Shown here: positions 17,835 to 25,897 of the stretch, piece by piece
Position numbering within the stretch: position 1 is the stretch's first letter
How the letters are laid out: each line of letters opens with the position of its first letter
Assembly (NCBI GenBank): GCA_947456845.1
Contig: CANGUJ010000002.1
Location: 1 to 36,161, forward strand
Direction: 5' to 3'
DNA length: 36,161 bases
Origin: Burkholderiales bacterium
GTDB taxonomy: Bacteria; Pseudomonadota; Gammaproteobacteria; Burkholderiales; JAEUOS01
Translations under genes and position numbers: made by a program
The notes under the pieces: generated by a model
Database searches by the model: none
The model's input: the letters and a program-made list of their open reading frames with translations, nothing else
What the model was told of the DNA's origin: nothing

Positions 17835-18581
17835 TCAGGAGCGGCGATTGCGGATCACGAGCGCCGTGGCGAATAGCGCGAAGCCGGTGACCGAGAGGAA
17901 GAAAAGGAGGTCGCGCGAATCGATCACGCCCTTCTGGAAGCCGTCGAAGTGCGTCATCACCGAGAAGGCGGCAACCGTCTCGATCACCGCCGGGTTGGCC
18001 CAGCGGGTGAGCATGTCGGTCACCGGGTTGAAGCCGGCGAGAATGAGGAACAGACACACCACCACCGCCAGGATGAAGGCCACGACCTGGTTGCGCGTGA
18101 GCGCGGAGGTCAGGCCCGCGATCGAGAGATAAGCGCCGGCCAGGAAGAAACTGCCGAGGTAGCCGGTGAAGATCTGCCCGTTGTCGGGATCGCCCAACCA
18201 GTTGACCGTCAACACCACCGGGAAGGTCAGGGCCAGGCCGATGGCCAGGAAGAACCAGGATGCGAGGAACTTGCCGAAAATGGCCTCCCAGGCGTTGACC
18301 GGCATGGTCAGCAGCAGTTCGATGGTTCCGGAACGCCTTTCCTCCGACCACAGGCGCATGCCGACCGCAGGCACCAGCACCAGGTACAGCCACGGATGCC
18401 AGGTGAAGAAGGAGGCGAGGCTGGCCTCGCCGCGCTCGAAAAAGTTGCCCACCGTGAAGGTGAAAAAGCCGGTCAGGAGCAGGAAGATCACCAGGAACAC
18501 ATAGGCCACGGGCGATCCGAAATAGGACACGGTTTCGCGCTTGGCGATGGCCCAGATGTTGGCCAGGGATTGCGGATTCAT
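17835..18581 (-). CDS. ABC-2-type transporter permease (GldF-like)
   Basis: 248 aa and strongly hydrophobic with multiple predicted TM segments. The start overlaps the ATPase stop (ATGA). Confidence 0.85.
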   Translation of the reverse strand: MNPQSLANIWAIAKRETVSYFGSPVAYVFLVIFLLLTGFFTFTVGNFFERGEASLASFFTWHPWLYLVLVPAVGMRLWSEERRSGTIELLLTMPVNAWEAIFGKFLASWFFLAIGLALTFPVVLTVNWLGDPDNGQIFTGYLGSFFLAGAYLSIAGLTSALTRNQVVAFILAVVVCLFLILAGFNPVTDMLTRWANPAVIETVAAFSVMTHFDGFQKGVIDSRDLLFFLSVTGFALFATALVIRNRRS

Positions 18582-19531
18582 TTTTTCACCGTATCGGGCA
18601 ATGTGAGCTTGCGGAACACCTCGTCGAGTTGCCCCTCCTCGGTGCGCAGTTGTTCGATGCGCCAGTTTTCGCGCTCGGCCATTTCGATCACCGCGCGCGC
18701 CAACAGCGGCGCCGCGGTCTTGTCGCGCGGGTAGGCGCGCACGGCATCAGGCCCGGCGGCGGGAATGGCCTCGCAGCGCGCCACATCAGGCAGTTCGCCC
18801 AGCTTGTTGGCCACCAACGCTGCGTCCACACCGCGCGCCGCCAGGGTCACCGCGCCGGCAGCCTCCGACATGGCCTTGAGTTCGCCCGGCGTACCGTTGG
18901 CGACGATGCGGCCGCGATCGATGATGATGGCGCGGGTACAGGCGGCGTCCACCTCTTCAAGGATGTGGGTAGAGAAAATTACCGCCTTGGTCTTGCCCAT
19001 CTCGCGGATCAGGTTGCGCACCTCGTGCTTCTGGTTGGGGTCCAGGCCGTCGGTCGGTTCGTCCATGATCAGCACCTCGGGATCATGGATCAGCGCCTGC
19101 GCCAGGCAGGTGCGATGGCGGTAGCCCTTGGACAAGGTATCGATCGACTGGTACAGCACGTTTTCCAGGAAGCAAAGGTCGACCACCCGATTGACCGCGC
19201 GCCTGCGGGCGTCACCGCTGATGCCGCGCAATTCGGCCACGAAGCTGAGGAAGCCGTTGACCGTCATGTCGCCGTAGGAGGCCGCGCTTTCGGGCAGGTA
19301 GCCGATCAGGCGCTTGGCGGCGAGCGGTTCGGACACCACGTAATGCCCGCCGACGCTCACGCGGCCGAAGGTGGGTGGCAAAAAGCCGGTGATCATGCGC
19401 ATGGTGGTGGACTTGCCGGCGCCATTGGGGCCCAGGAAGCCCAGCACCTCGCCACGCTCGACGTTGAAGGACAGGTTGTCCACCACCGTGTTGCGACCGA
19501 AGGTCTTGGTCAGGTTTTCAATTCGTATCAT
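18578..19531 (-). CDS. ABC transporter ATP-binding protein (GldA-like)
   Basis: Walker A GPNGAGKST, signature LSKGYRHR, Walker B VLIMDEPTDGLD. An ATG at 19531 gives the typical MIRIENLTKTFG N-terminus. The ORF track begins at a TTG at 19561, which remains an alternative start. Confidence 0.9.
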   Translation of the reverse strand: MIRIENLTKTFGRNTVVDNLSFNVERGEVLGFLGPNGAGKSTTMRMITGFLPPTFGRVSVGGHYVVSEPLAAKRLIGYLPESAASYGDMTVNGFLSFVAELRGISGDARRRAVNRVVDLCFLENVLYQSIDTLSKGYRHRTCLAQALIHDPEVLIMDEPTDGLDPNQKHEVRNLIREMGKTKAVIFSTHILEEVDAACTRAIIIDRGRIVANGTPGELKAMSEAAGAVTLAARGVDAALVANKLGELPDVARCEAIPAAGPDAVRAYPRDKTAAPLLARAVIEMAERENWRIEQLRTEEGQLDEVFRKLTLPDTVKK

Positions 19532-19591
19532 GCGATCGCCATGGTTTGTTGGTATCGGCAACGGACGCGCCTTGCCGGCAGGTCGCGAGCG

Positions 19592-19619
19592 ATTATCGGG
19601 GCGGAAGGGAGGATTTCAA
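19592..19619 (-). promoter_or_regulatory. sigma70-like promoter for the ABC/GldG operon (TTGAAA-N16-GATAAT on minus strand)
   Basis: The minus strand reads TTGAAA tcctcccttccgcccc GATAAT. This is a rare AT-rich hexamer pair in a GC-rich intergenic region, about 60 nt upstream of the ATPase ATG. Confidence 0.5.
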
Positions 19620-19759
19620 GGGCCCAGGGTCGCAAGGGAAAACCCTGAGAAACGGCCACGGCGCCGTTGCGTAAACCCACGATTATGGGGCAGTTCCACA
19701 GAACCCGCGCCAACCTGGCCCGGATGTGCCGGCCCGAGACCCGCGGGATGCGCCGTGCC

Positions 19760-20251
19760 TCAGTAAATGCCCGCCGACAGGCCCGCAGCGAGCAATGCGC
19801 CCACCTCCTCGCACCGGCCAATGTCCGCGTTCGCGATGGTCTTGGGCGCCGCAATCGCCGCCGGGGTCTGCGCGTGCGTGCAGACGATGGTCGACGCGCA
19901 CGCGGCCTTCAGGCGCCAGCCCGTGGCGATGCGCTCAATCTGCCGCACCGCCCCCTGGCCATCGCTGCCGGCGCACACCAGGGCAGCGTAGGCGCGACCG
20001 CCGATGCGCTCGAGCGCCGCATAGTAGGTGCGATCGAAGAAGTCTTTCATCAGGCCCGCCATCGACGCAAGGTTCTCGGGCGCTGCGAAGACATAGGCAT
20101 CCGCCGCCAGCACATCGGTGGGGCCGGCGGCGGATGCCTCGAGCATGCGCACCGCGACCTCTCCACCCGCGGCGGCGGCGCGCGCAACCGCCCGGGCCAT
20201 CTGCAGCGTGCCGCCGGTGGTGGAGCAATAGACGATCAGCAGGGTCTTCAT
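19760..20251 (-). CDS. flavodoxin-like fold FMN protein (flavodoxin / NAD(P)H-dependent FMN reductase family)
   Basis: 163 aa. The N-terminus MKTLLIVYCSTTGGTLQMA matches the flavodoxin phosphate-binding loop (S/T-x-T-G-x-T). Confidence 0.7.
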   Translation of the reverse strand: MKTLLIVYCSTTGGTLQMARAVARAAAAGGEVAVRMLEASAAGPTDVLAADAYVFAAPENLASMAGLMKDFFDRTYYAALERIGGRAYAALVCAGSDGQGAVRQIERIATGWRLKAACASTIVCTHAQTPAAIAAPKTIANADIGRCEEVGALLAAGLSAGIY

Positions 20252-20382
20252 GGGAGCGATTATCGCCGCGGCGGGTCATCGAATACACTCTCCGGGCCGC
20301 AAACGGCCGAGACCGCTTGCCCCGCCCATCACCATTGCCGACGACGCCCCCAGGCGACGCCGCGGCGCCGAAAGCCTCCAAC

Positions 20383-21165
20383 GTGAACGACGAACTGATC
20401 ATCGAAGCCCGCGACGGCATTGCCCATGTCACCCTCAACCGTCCGCAGGCGCGCAACGCCCTCACCTACGCCATGTACGAAGGCCTGGCCGCGTACTCGC
20501 AGGAGATCGCCCGCGATCCAGCGATCAAGGTGATGGTGATCCGCGGCGCGGGCGACAAGGCCTTCGCCGCCGGCACCGACATCTCGCAGTTTCTCGAATT
20601 CGGGAGCGGCGAGGACGGCATTGCCTACGAGGAACGGCTGGGCGCCTGCCTGGAAGTGATCGAGCGTTGCCCCAAACCGGTGATCGCCGCCATCGACGGC
20701 GCCTGCACCGGCGGCGGCGCGGCGATCGCCTCGGTGTGCGACCTGCGGGTGGCCACGCGCGCCTCCAAACTCGGCTTTCCGGTCGCGCGCACGCTGGGCA
20801 ACTGCCTGTCGGTCAAGAACCTGGCACGCATGTCGGCGCTGATCGGCCAGTCGCGCGTGACCGAACTGATGTTCACCGCGCGCCTGGTGAGCGCGGAGGA
20901 AGGCGCGGCCATCGGCTTCCTGCATGAAGTCGTCGATGATGGCGCAGCGCTCACCGCGCGCGTGGCTGAACTCGCCCGATCCGTCGCCGGCCTCGCGCCG
21001 CTGACGCTCGCGGCCACCAAGGAGCAGTTGCGCCGCCTGCGCGAAGGCATGCTCTCGCATGTGGACGACCATGACCTGGTGCGCATGTGCTTCGGCAGCG
21101 AGGACTTCAGAAATGGCGTGAAGGCCTTCGTCGGTCGCAAGCCGCCGGTGTGGACCGGGCGCTGA
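20383..21165 (+). CDS. enoyl-CoA hydratase/isomerase (crotonase) family protein
   Basis: A GTG at 20383 gives a 260-aa product: VNDELIIEARDGIAHVTLNRPQARNALT...IRGAGDKAFAAGTDI...IAAIDGACTGGG. The upstream extension of ORF 19726.. overlaps the flavodoxin gene and is Arg/Pro-rich. Confidence 0.85.
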   Translation: MNDELIIEARDGIAHVTLNRPQARNALTYAMYEGLAAYSQEIARDPAIKVMVIRGAGDKAFAAGTDISQFLEFGSGEDGIAYEERLGACLEVIERCPKPVIAAIDGACTGGGAAIASVCDLRVATRASKLGFPVARTLGNCLSVKNLARMSALIGQSRVTELMFTARLVSAEEGAAIGFLHEVVDDGAALTARVAELARSVAGLAPLTLAATKEQLRRLREGMLSHVDDHDLVRMCFGSEDFRNGVKAFVGRKPPVWTGR

Positions 21166-21348
21166 TCCGCGACGGCTGCACGCGATCCGCCGCCGGCCTG
21201 CCCTTACCAGCGACGCGACGCGAGGATGTCGCGCATCCGCGCCGCCGCGTCGGTGATATCTTCCATACCCGCCGCCAGCGGACGCGGAGCCAGGCGCAAC
21301 GCGTCCGCCCTGGCGTCCGATAAAGAATGGTCCGTCACACCGGCCCGC

Positions 21349-21954
21349 TCAGCCGAGCGTCACGTCGAAGCTTGCGCGCCTGTGCGCCCCGGCCGGTTCG
21401 AGCTTCACCGTCACCAGCGCGCGCTGCGCCTGGGTCATGGCCCGGTAGAGAAAGTCGCGCTGGTTCTGCGCCTCGCCCTCGACGAACATCTGCGTGATCA
21501 GGGCCGGCTGCCTGGGCGCTCTCGCGGCCAGGTGGATGTGCGGGGTGCGGCCGGCATAGGACACCGGGCTGATGGTCTGGAAGGCATAGCGTCCGTCCGC
21601 GTCGGTGCGGCTCCAGCCGAAGCCTGCGAAGTTGCGGTCGCGCTCATCCGGCGTGGCGTCGCGCGAGTGGGCATAGCGGCCCAGCGCGTCGCACTGCCAG
21701 ATCTCCACCCGACAGCCCGCGACCGGCTTGCCGAATCGGTCCAGCACGCGGCCTTCCAGTGCAAGCGGGGCGGCTTTTCCCAGCATGGCGCCGCGGATCA
21801 GATTGCTCATCGGCTCGGCGGTGAAGGCCTCGGGATAGAAGGGGCCCTCGGTCATGGCGGGGGTGGGTGTGCGCGGAGACTGCGCGCGGAGCGCGCCGGC
21901 GGGCACGCCGAGCAGGGCGGCGGAGGCAACAAAGCGGCGACGGGTCAGGGCCAT
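21349..21954 (-). CDS. intradiol ring-cleavage dioxygenase-like protein with twin-arginine (Tat) signal peptide
   Basis: 201 aa. MALTRRRFVASAALLGVPAGALRAQ matches the Tat consensus (T-R-R-x-F). The core with EGPFYPE, YAHSRD and GRTPHIHL resembles the protocatechuate/catechol intradiol dioxygenase fold. Confidence 0.75.
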   Translation of the reverse strand: MALTRRRFVASAALLGVPAGALRAQSPRTPTPAMTEGPFYPEAFTAEPMSNLIRGAMLGKAAPLALEGRVLDRFGKPVAGCRVEIWQCDALGRYAHSRDATPDERDRNFAGFGWSRTDADGRYAFQTISPVSYAGRTPHIHLAARAPRQPALITQMFVEGEAQNQRDFLYRAMTQAQRALVTVKLEPAGAHRRASFDVTLG

Positions 21955-22039
21955 GGGAATCTCGGGACTCGGTTGGGCGGCGCAACGGGCGCACGGACTG
22001 GGATTATGCGCAAAATTCCGCGCTGGTCAGCGGCGCGAA

Positions 22040-22068
22040 TTGACAAACCGGGGTGCCCTGCCTACCCT
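22040..22068 (+). promoter_or_regulatory. sigma70-like promoter candidate for iorA copy 2 (TTGACA-N17-TACCCT)
   Basis: Perfect -35 TTGACA at 22040-22045, and TACCCT at 22063-22068. It is overlapped by an imperfect inverted repeat AATTCCGCGC(22014-22023)/GCGCGAATT(22033-22041). The ATG lies 65 nt downstream. Confidence 0.4.
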
Positions 22069-22132
22069 CGCGTCCGGCCTCACCCACAGGCGCGCCCAAA
22101 CCCGCGATCCCGCGCCGCCCGGAGACACACGC

Positions 22133-24283
22133 ATGGAACGTTCATTCGCCGCCGAGATCGAGTTGCTCAAGCTCGGCGAAGGCGCGCTGTTTCGCGGCGA
22201 GGGCATCCTCGCCGTCACCAAGGCGCTGCTGCAGTCAGGCGTGTCTTATGTCGGCGGCTACCAGGGTGCGCCGGTGTCGCACCTGCTCGACGTGATGGTG
22301 CAGGCGCGCGATTATCTGGACACCCTGGGCGTACATGTGGAGTCCTGCACCAACGAAGCCTCGGCCTGCGCGATGCTGGCCGCCTCGATCAACTACCCCG
22401 CGCGCGGCGCGGTGACCTGGAAATCGATCGTCGGCACCAACGTCGCGGCCGACGCGCTCTCCAACCTGGCCTCGGCCGGGGTCAAGGGCGGCGCGCTCAT
22501 CGTGGTGGGCGAGGATTACGGCGAGGGCGCCTCCGTCATCCAGGAGCGCACCCATGCCTACGCGATGAAATCCTCGGTCTGGCTGGTCGATCCGCGCCCC
22601 AACCTCAAGACCATCGTCAAGACGGTGGAGCAGGCCTTCGAACTCTCGGAGGCTTCGAACACCCCGGTGATCATGGAACTGCGCATCCGCGCCTGCCACG
22701 TGCAGGGCGAATTCACCACCCGCGAGAACCGCGCACCGCAGGTCTCGCCCCTGGAGCCGCTGGCCGAGCCTGCCGCATTCCTGTACGACCGGCTGTCGCA
22801 TCCCCCGGTGACCTTCCGCCAGGAAAAGCTCAAGGGCGAGGTGCGCATGCCGGCGGCGCGCCGTTTCATCCTCGACCGGGCGATGAACGAACTGTTCGAT
22901 GGCAAGCGCGCCGAGGTCGGCATCATCGTCCAGGGCGGCCTGTACAACAACCTGATCCGCGCGCTTGAACTGGCCGGTCTGGCCGATGCCTTTGGCGACA
23001 CCGACGTCCCCATCCTGTGCCTGAACGTGGTCTACCCGCTGGTACCGGAGCAGATCGCCGCCTTCTGCGCCGGCAAAGAGAAGGTGCTGGTGGTCGAGGA
23101 AGGCCAGCCCGAATACATCGAACAGGAAATCGCCACCCTGCTGCGCCGCGCCGACCTGCAGACCAGGCTGCACGGCAAGGACCTGCTGCAGGCCGCCGGC
23201 GAGTACTCGACCGAGGCCATCCTGGCCGGGGTAACGAAGTTCATCGAGGGCGCCGATACGGCGGCGCTCGAGGCAGCACACGCCGCCCGCGAGGATGGCG
23301 GACGCCTGCTGGGCCACCCGGTGCCACCGCGCCCACCGACCTTCTGCGTCGGCTGCCCGGAGCGGCCGGTGTTCTCGGCCATGAAACTGGTACAGCAAGA
23401 CATCGGCAAGCTGCATGTGGGCGCCGACATCGGCTGCCACGCGTTCGGCACCTTCGAACCTTTCTCGCAGGGCAATTCCATCCTGGGTTACGGCATGAGC
23501 CTGGCCTCGATCGCCGGGGTCACGCCCTTCCAGCAGCGCCGTTCCATCGCCATCATGGGCGACGGCGGCTTCTGGCACAACGGCCTGCTCTCGGGCGTGT
23601 CCTCGAACCTGTTCAACAAGGGCGACGGCCTTTTGGTGATCATGAAGAACGGCTACACCTCGGCCACCGGCACGCAGGAACTGATTTCCTCACCGGAGGA
23701 GGAATTGAAGCGCATCGCCGGCGCCGGCAGCGCCACCGACACGCAGATGACCATCGAGGACACCTTGAAGGGCGCCGGGGTCAAGTGGATGCGCACGGTG
23801 CACAACTACCGGGTGGCCGAAATGATGGCCGCCCTCAAGGAGGCGCTCACCACCCGCGCGCCGGGTCTGAAGGTGATCATCGCCGAGGGCGAATGCCAGC
23901 TGGAGCGCCAGCGGCGCATCCGCCCGCTCAACGCGGCTGCGATCAAGCGCGGCGAGCGCGTGGTGCGGGTGCGCTACGGCATCGACGAGAACGTCTGCAC
24001 GGGCGATCATTCCTGCATCCGGCTCTCCGGCTGCCCCTCGCTCACCATCAAGGACCCGTCCGATCCCCTCAAGGTGGACCCGGTGGCGCATGTCAACAAC
24101 AATTGCGTGGGCTGCGGCCTGTGCGGCGAGGTGTCGCATGCGGCCACGCTGTGCCCGAGCTTCTACCGCACCGAGATCGTCATCAATGCCACCGCATGGG
24201 ACCGCTTCAAGCGCGAGGTGCGCGAATTCTTCATCGGGCTCATCGCGCCGAAGCGCCGTGCAACCCAGGGAGCGCAAGCATGA
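22133..24283 (+). CDS. IorA-type 2-oxoacid:ferredoxin oxidoreductase alpha subunit, copy 2 (paralog of 3306-5483)
   Basis: ATG at 22133 with GGAG about 10 nt upstream. 716 aa. About 71/100 identical to copy 1 over the first 100 residues (counted by eye). Same GDGGFWHNG TPP motif and the same CTGDHSCIRLSGCP / CVGCGLCGEVSHAATLCP clusters. Confidence 0.9.
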   Translation: MERSFAAEIELLKLGEGALFRGEGILAVTKALLQSGVSYVGGYQGAPVSHLLDVMVQARDYLDTLGVHVESCTNEASACAMLAASINYPARGAVTWKSIVGTNVAADALSNLASAGVKGGALIVVGEDYGEGASVIQERTHAYAMKSSVWLVDPRPNLKTIVKTVEQAFELSEASNTPVIMELRIRACHVQGEFTTRENRAPQVSPLEPLAEPAAFLYDRLSHPPVTFRQEKLKGEVRMPAARRFILDRAMNELFDGKRAEVGIIVQGGLYNNLIRALELAGLADAFGDTDVPILCLNVVYPLVPEQIAAFCAGKEKVLVVEEGQPEYIEQEIATLLRRADLQTRLHGKDLLQAAGEYSTEAILAGVTKFIEGADTAALEAAHAAREDGGRLLGHPVPPRPPTFCVGCPERPVFSAMKLVQQDIGKLHVGADIGCHAFGTFEPFSQGNSILGYGMSLASIAGVTPFQQRRSIAIMGDGGFWHNGLLSGVSSNLFNKGDGLLVIMKNGYTSATGTQELISSPEEELKRIAGAGSATDTQMTIEDTLKGAGVKWMRTVHNYRVAEMMAALKEALTTRAPGLKVIIAEGECQLERQRRIRPLNAAAIKRGERVVRVRYGIDENVCTGDHSCIRLSGCPSLTIKDPSDPLKVDPVAHVNNNCVGCGLCGEVSHAATLCPSFYRTEIVINATAWDRFKREVREFFIGLIAPKRRATQGAQA

Positions 24284-25854
24284 GCGGCGCGCGCAACCTC
24301 ACCTTGGTAATCGGCGCCCTCGGCGGCGAAGGCGGCGGCGTGCTGGCCGACTGGGTGGTCGCCACCGCCCAAGCCGCCGGATACCCGGTGCAGGCCACCT
24401 CGATTCCCGGCGTGGCACAACGCACCGGCGCCACCACCTACTACGTGGAGATCCACCCGCAAAAGCGCGAAGCGCTGGGCGGGCGCGAGCCGGTGATGTG
24501 CCTGGCCCCCGCGGCCGGCCAGGTCGACGTGCTCTTGTATTCGGAACTGGTGGAAACCGCGCGTGCGGTGCAGCTGGGCCTGGTGACCAAGCGCACCACG
24601 CTGATCGGCTCCACCCATCGCGTGTATCTCACCGCCGAAAAGATGCAGATGGGCGACGGCCGTGTCGATACGGCGCGTGCCATCGCCGCCATCGAGGGCG
24701 CCGCGAAAAAGGCCATCCTGTTCGATATGGAAGCCGAGACCGCCAGCGCCGGCACCGTGATCTCGGCGGTGATGTTCGGTGCGCTGATCGGGTCCGGTGC
24801 CTTGCCGCTGGCCCGTGCCGACGCCGAGGCTTCCATCCGCGCCGGTGGCAAGGGCGTGGAGGCAAGCCTGAAGGGCTTTGCGGCAGGCTACGCGCGCGCC
24901 GCCGGCACGGCCTCGGCACAAGTGCCGGCCGGTGCATCGGCGCCCGCGCCGGCAACATCCGCCGCTCGCAAGCCCGCCAGTGCCGCGGATCTGGCTGGTC
25001 GCATCGAGGCCTTTCCGGACAGCGCGCGCGACATTATCGCGCTGGGGGTGGAACGCTGTTGTGACTACCAGGACCCGGCCTATGCCGCGCAATACCTCGA
25101 CCGGCTGGCGCGCGTGCTGGAGGCGGACCGCGCGCAGGGCGGCGGGCCGCTTTTCATGACCACCCGCGAAACCGCGCGCTTCCTGGCCCTGTGGATGTGC
25201 TACGAAGACGTCGCCCGCGTGGCCGACCTCAAGTCGCGCCCCGAGCGCTTTGACGGCATCCGCGCCGAAGCCGGCATCGGCAACGACGAACCGATCAAGG
25301 TGGTGGAGTTCTTCAAGCCCGGCTTCGATGAAGTGGCCGACCAACTGCCGCCGGGCCTGGCCGACCGGGTGCGTGCCTTCGGCAGGAAACGTGGCCGCGC
25401 GGCGATTTTCGAGAACGGCATCCATGTGGAGAGCACCTCGGTCTTTGGCACCCTGCAACTGCGCGCGATGGCGTCCCTGGGCCGCTGGCGGCGCAAGTCG
25501 TCCCGCTTCATCGCGGAGCAGGCGCTGATCGAACGCTGGCTGGCCGCCATCGTCGCCGCGCCATCGGCCGCGCTGGCAAGCGAGATCGCCCTCACCGGGC
25601 GGCTCATCAAGGGCTATTCGGAAACACACGCGCGGGCCAAGGAGAACTTCCTGCGCATCCTCGAGACCATCATCGAAGGGGGCCGAATTGCCGACGCAGG
25701 CGAGCGCACCCAGGCCGTCCGGCGCGCCCGCGAGGCAGCCCTGGCGGCCGCCGAAGCCGGGCCGCTGGATACGGCACTGGCTGCCTATGGCGTAGCGCCG
25801 CGTGAACCCAAGGCCATACCCATGACCTTTCATCCCCGCAAGAAAGTCGCCTGA
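24280..25854 (+). CDS. IorB-type oxidoreductase beta subunit, copy 2
   Basis: The ATG at 24280 overlaps the iorA2 stop (ATGA). Contains MSGARNLTLVIGALGGEGGGVLADW. The C-terminal region shares ERWLAAIVAA...LIKGYS.TH with copy 1. 524 aa. Confidence 0.85.
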   Translation: MSGARNLTLVIGALGGEGGGVLADWVVATAQAAGYPVQATSIPGVAQRTGATTYYVEIHPQKREALGGREPVMCLAPAAGQVDVLLYSELVETARAVQLGLVTKRTTLIGSTHRVYLTAEKMQMGDGRVDTARAIAAIEGAAKKAILFDMEAETASAGTVISAVMFGALIGSGALPLARADAEASIRAGGKGVEASLKGFAAGYARAAGTASAQVPAGASAPAPATSAARKPASAADLAGRIEAFPDSARDIIALGVERCCDYQDPAYAAQYLDRLARVLEADRAQGGGPLFMTTRETARFLALWMCYEDVARVADLKSRPERFDGIRAEAGIGNDEPIKVVEFFKPGFDEVADQLPPGLADRVRAFGRKRGRAAIFENGIHVESTSVFGTLQLRAMASLGRWRRKSSRFIAEQALIERWLAAIVAAPSAALASEIALTGRLIKGYSETHARAKENFLRILETIIEGGRIADAGERTQAVRRAREAALAAAEAGPLDTALAAYGVAPREPKAIPMTFHPRKKVA

Positions 25855-25897
25855 GCCTTCGGGAAACGCAATCCAGATCCGAAGAAGGAGACGTCGC

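Noticed and set aside
15878-17890. 670-aa plus-strand ORF opposite the GldG-like gene
   Set aside because: It is antisense to a gene with clear TM and coiled-coil architecture and operon context. Its Arg/Gly/Leu/His-rich low-information sequence marks it as a GC artefact.
19676-19692. CCCCATAATCG on the minus strand, a second -10-like box 90 nt upstream of the ABC-operon promoter
   Set aside because: No acceptable -35 lies at 16-18 nt (GCGCGG). It sits just downstream of the flavodoxin-like gene stop, so it is more likely incidental or part of a 3' region.
21226-22968. 580-aa plus-strand ORF spanning the dioxygenase-like gene, the intergenic region and the iorA2 5' part
   Set aside because: It crosses a divergent promoter region and overlaps two motif-supported genes in other frames. 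Its composition is extremely Arg/Gly/Ala/Pro-rich.
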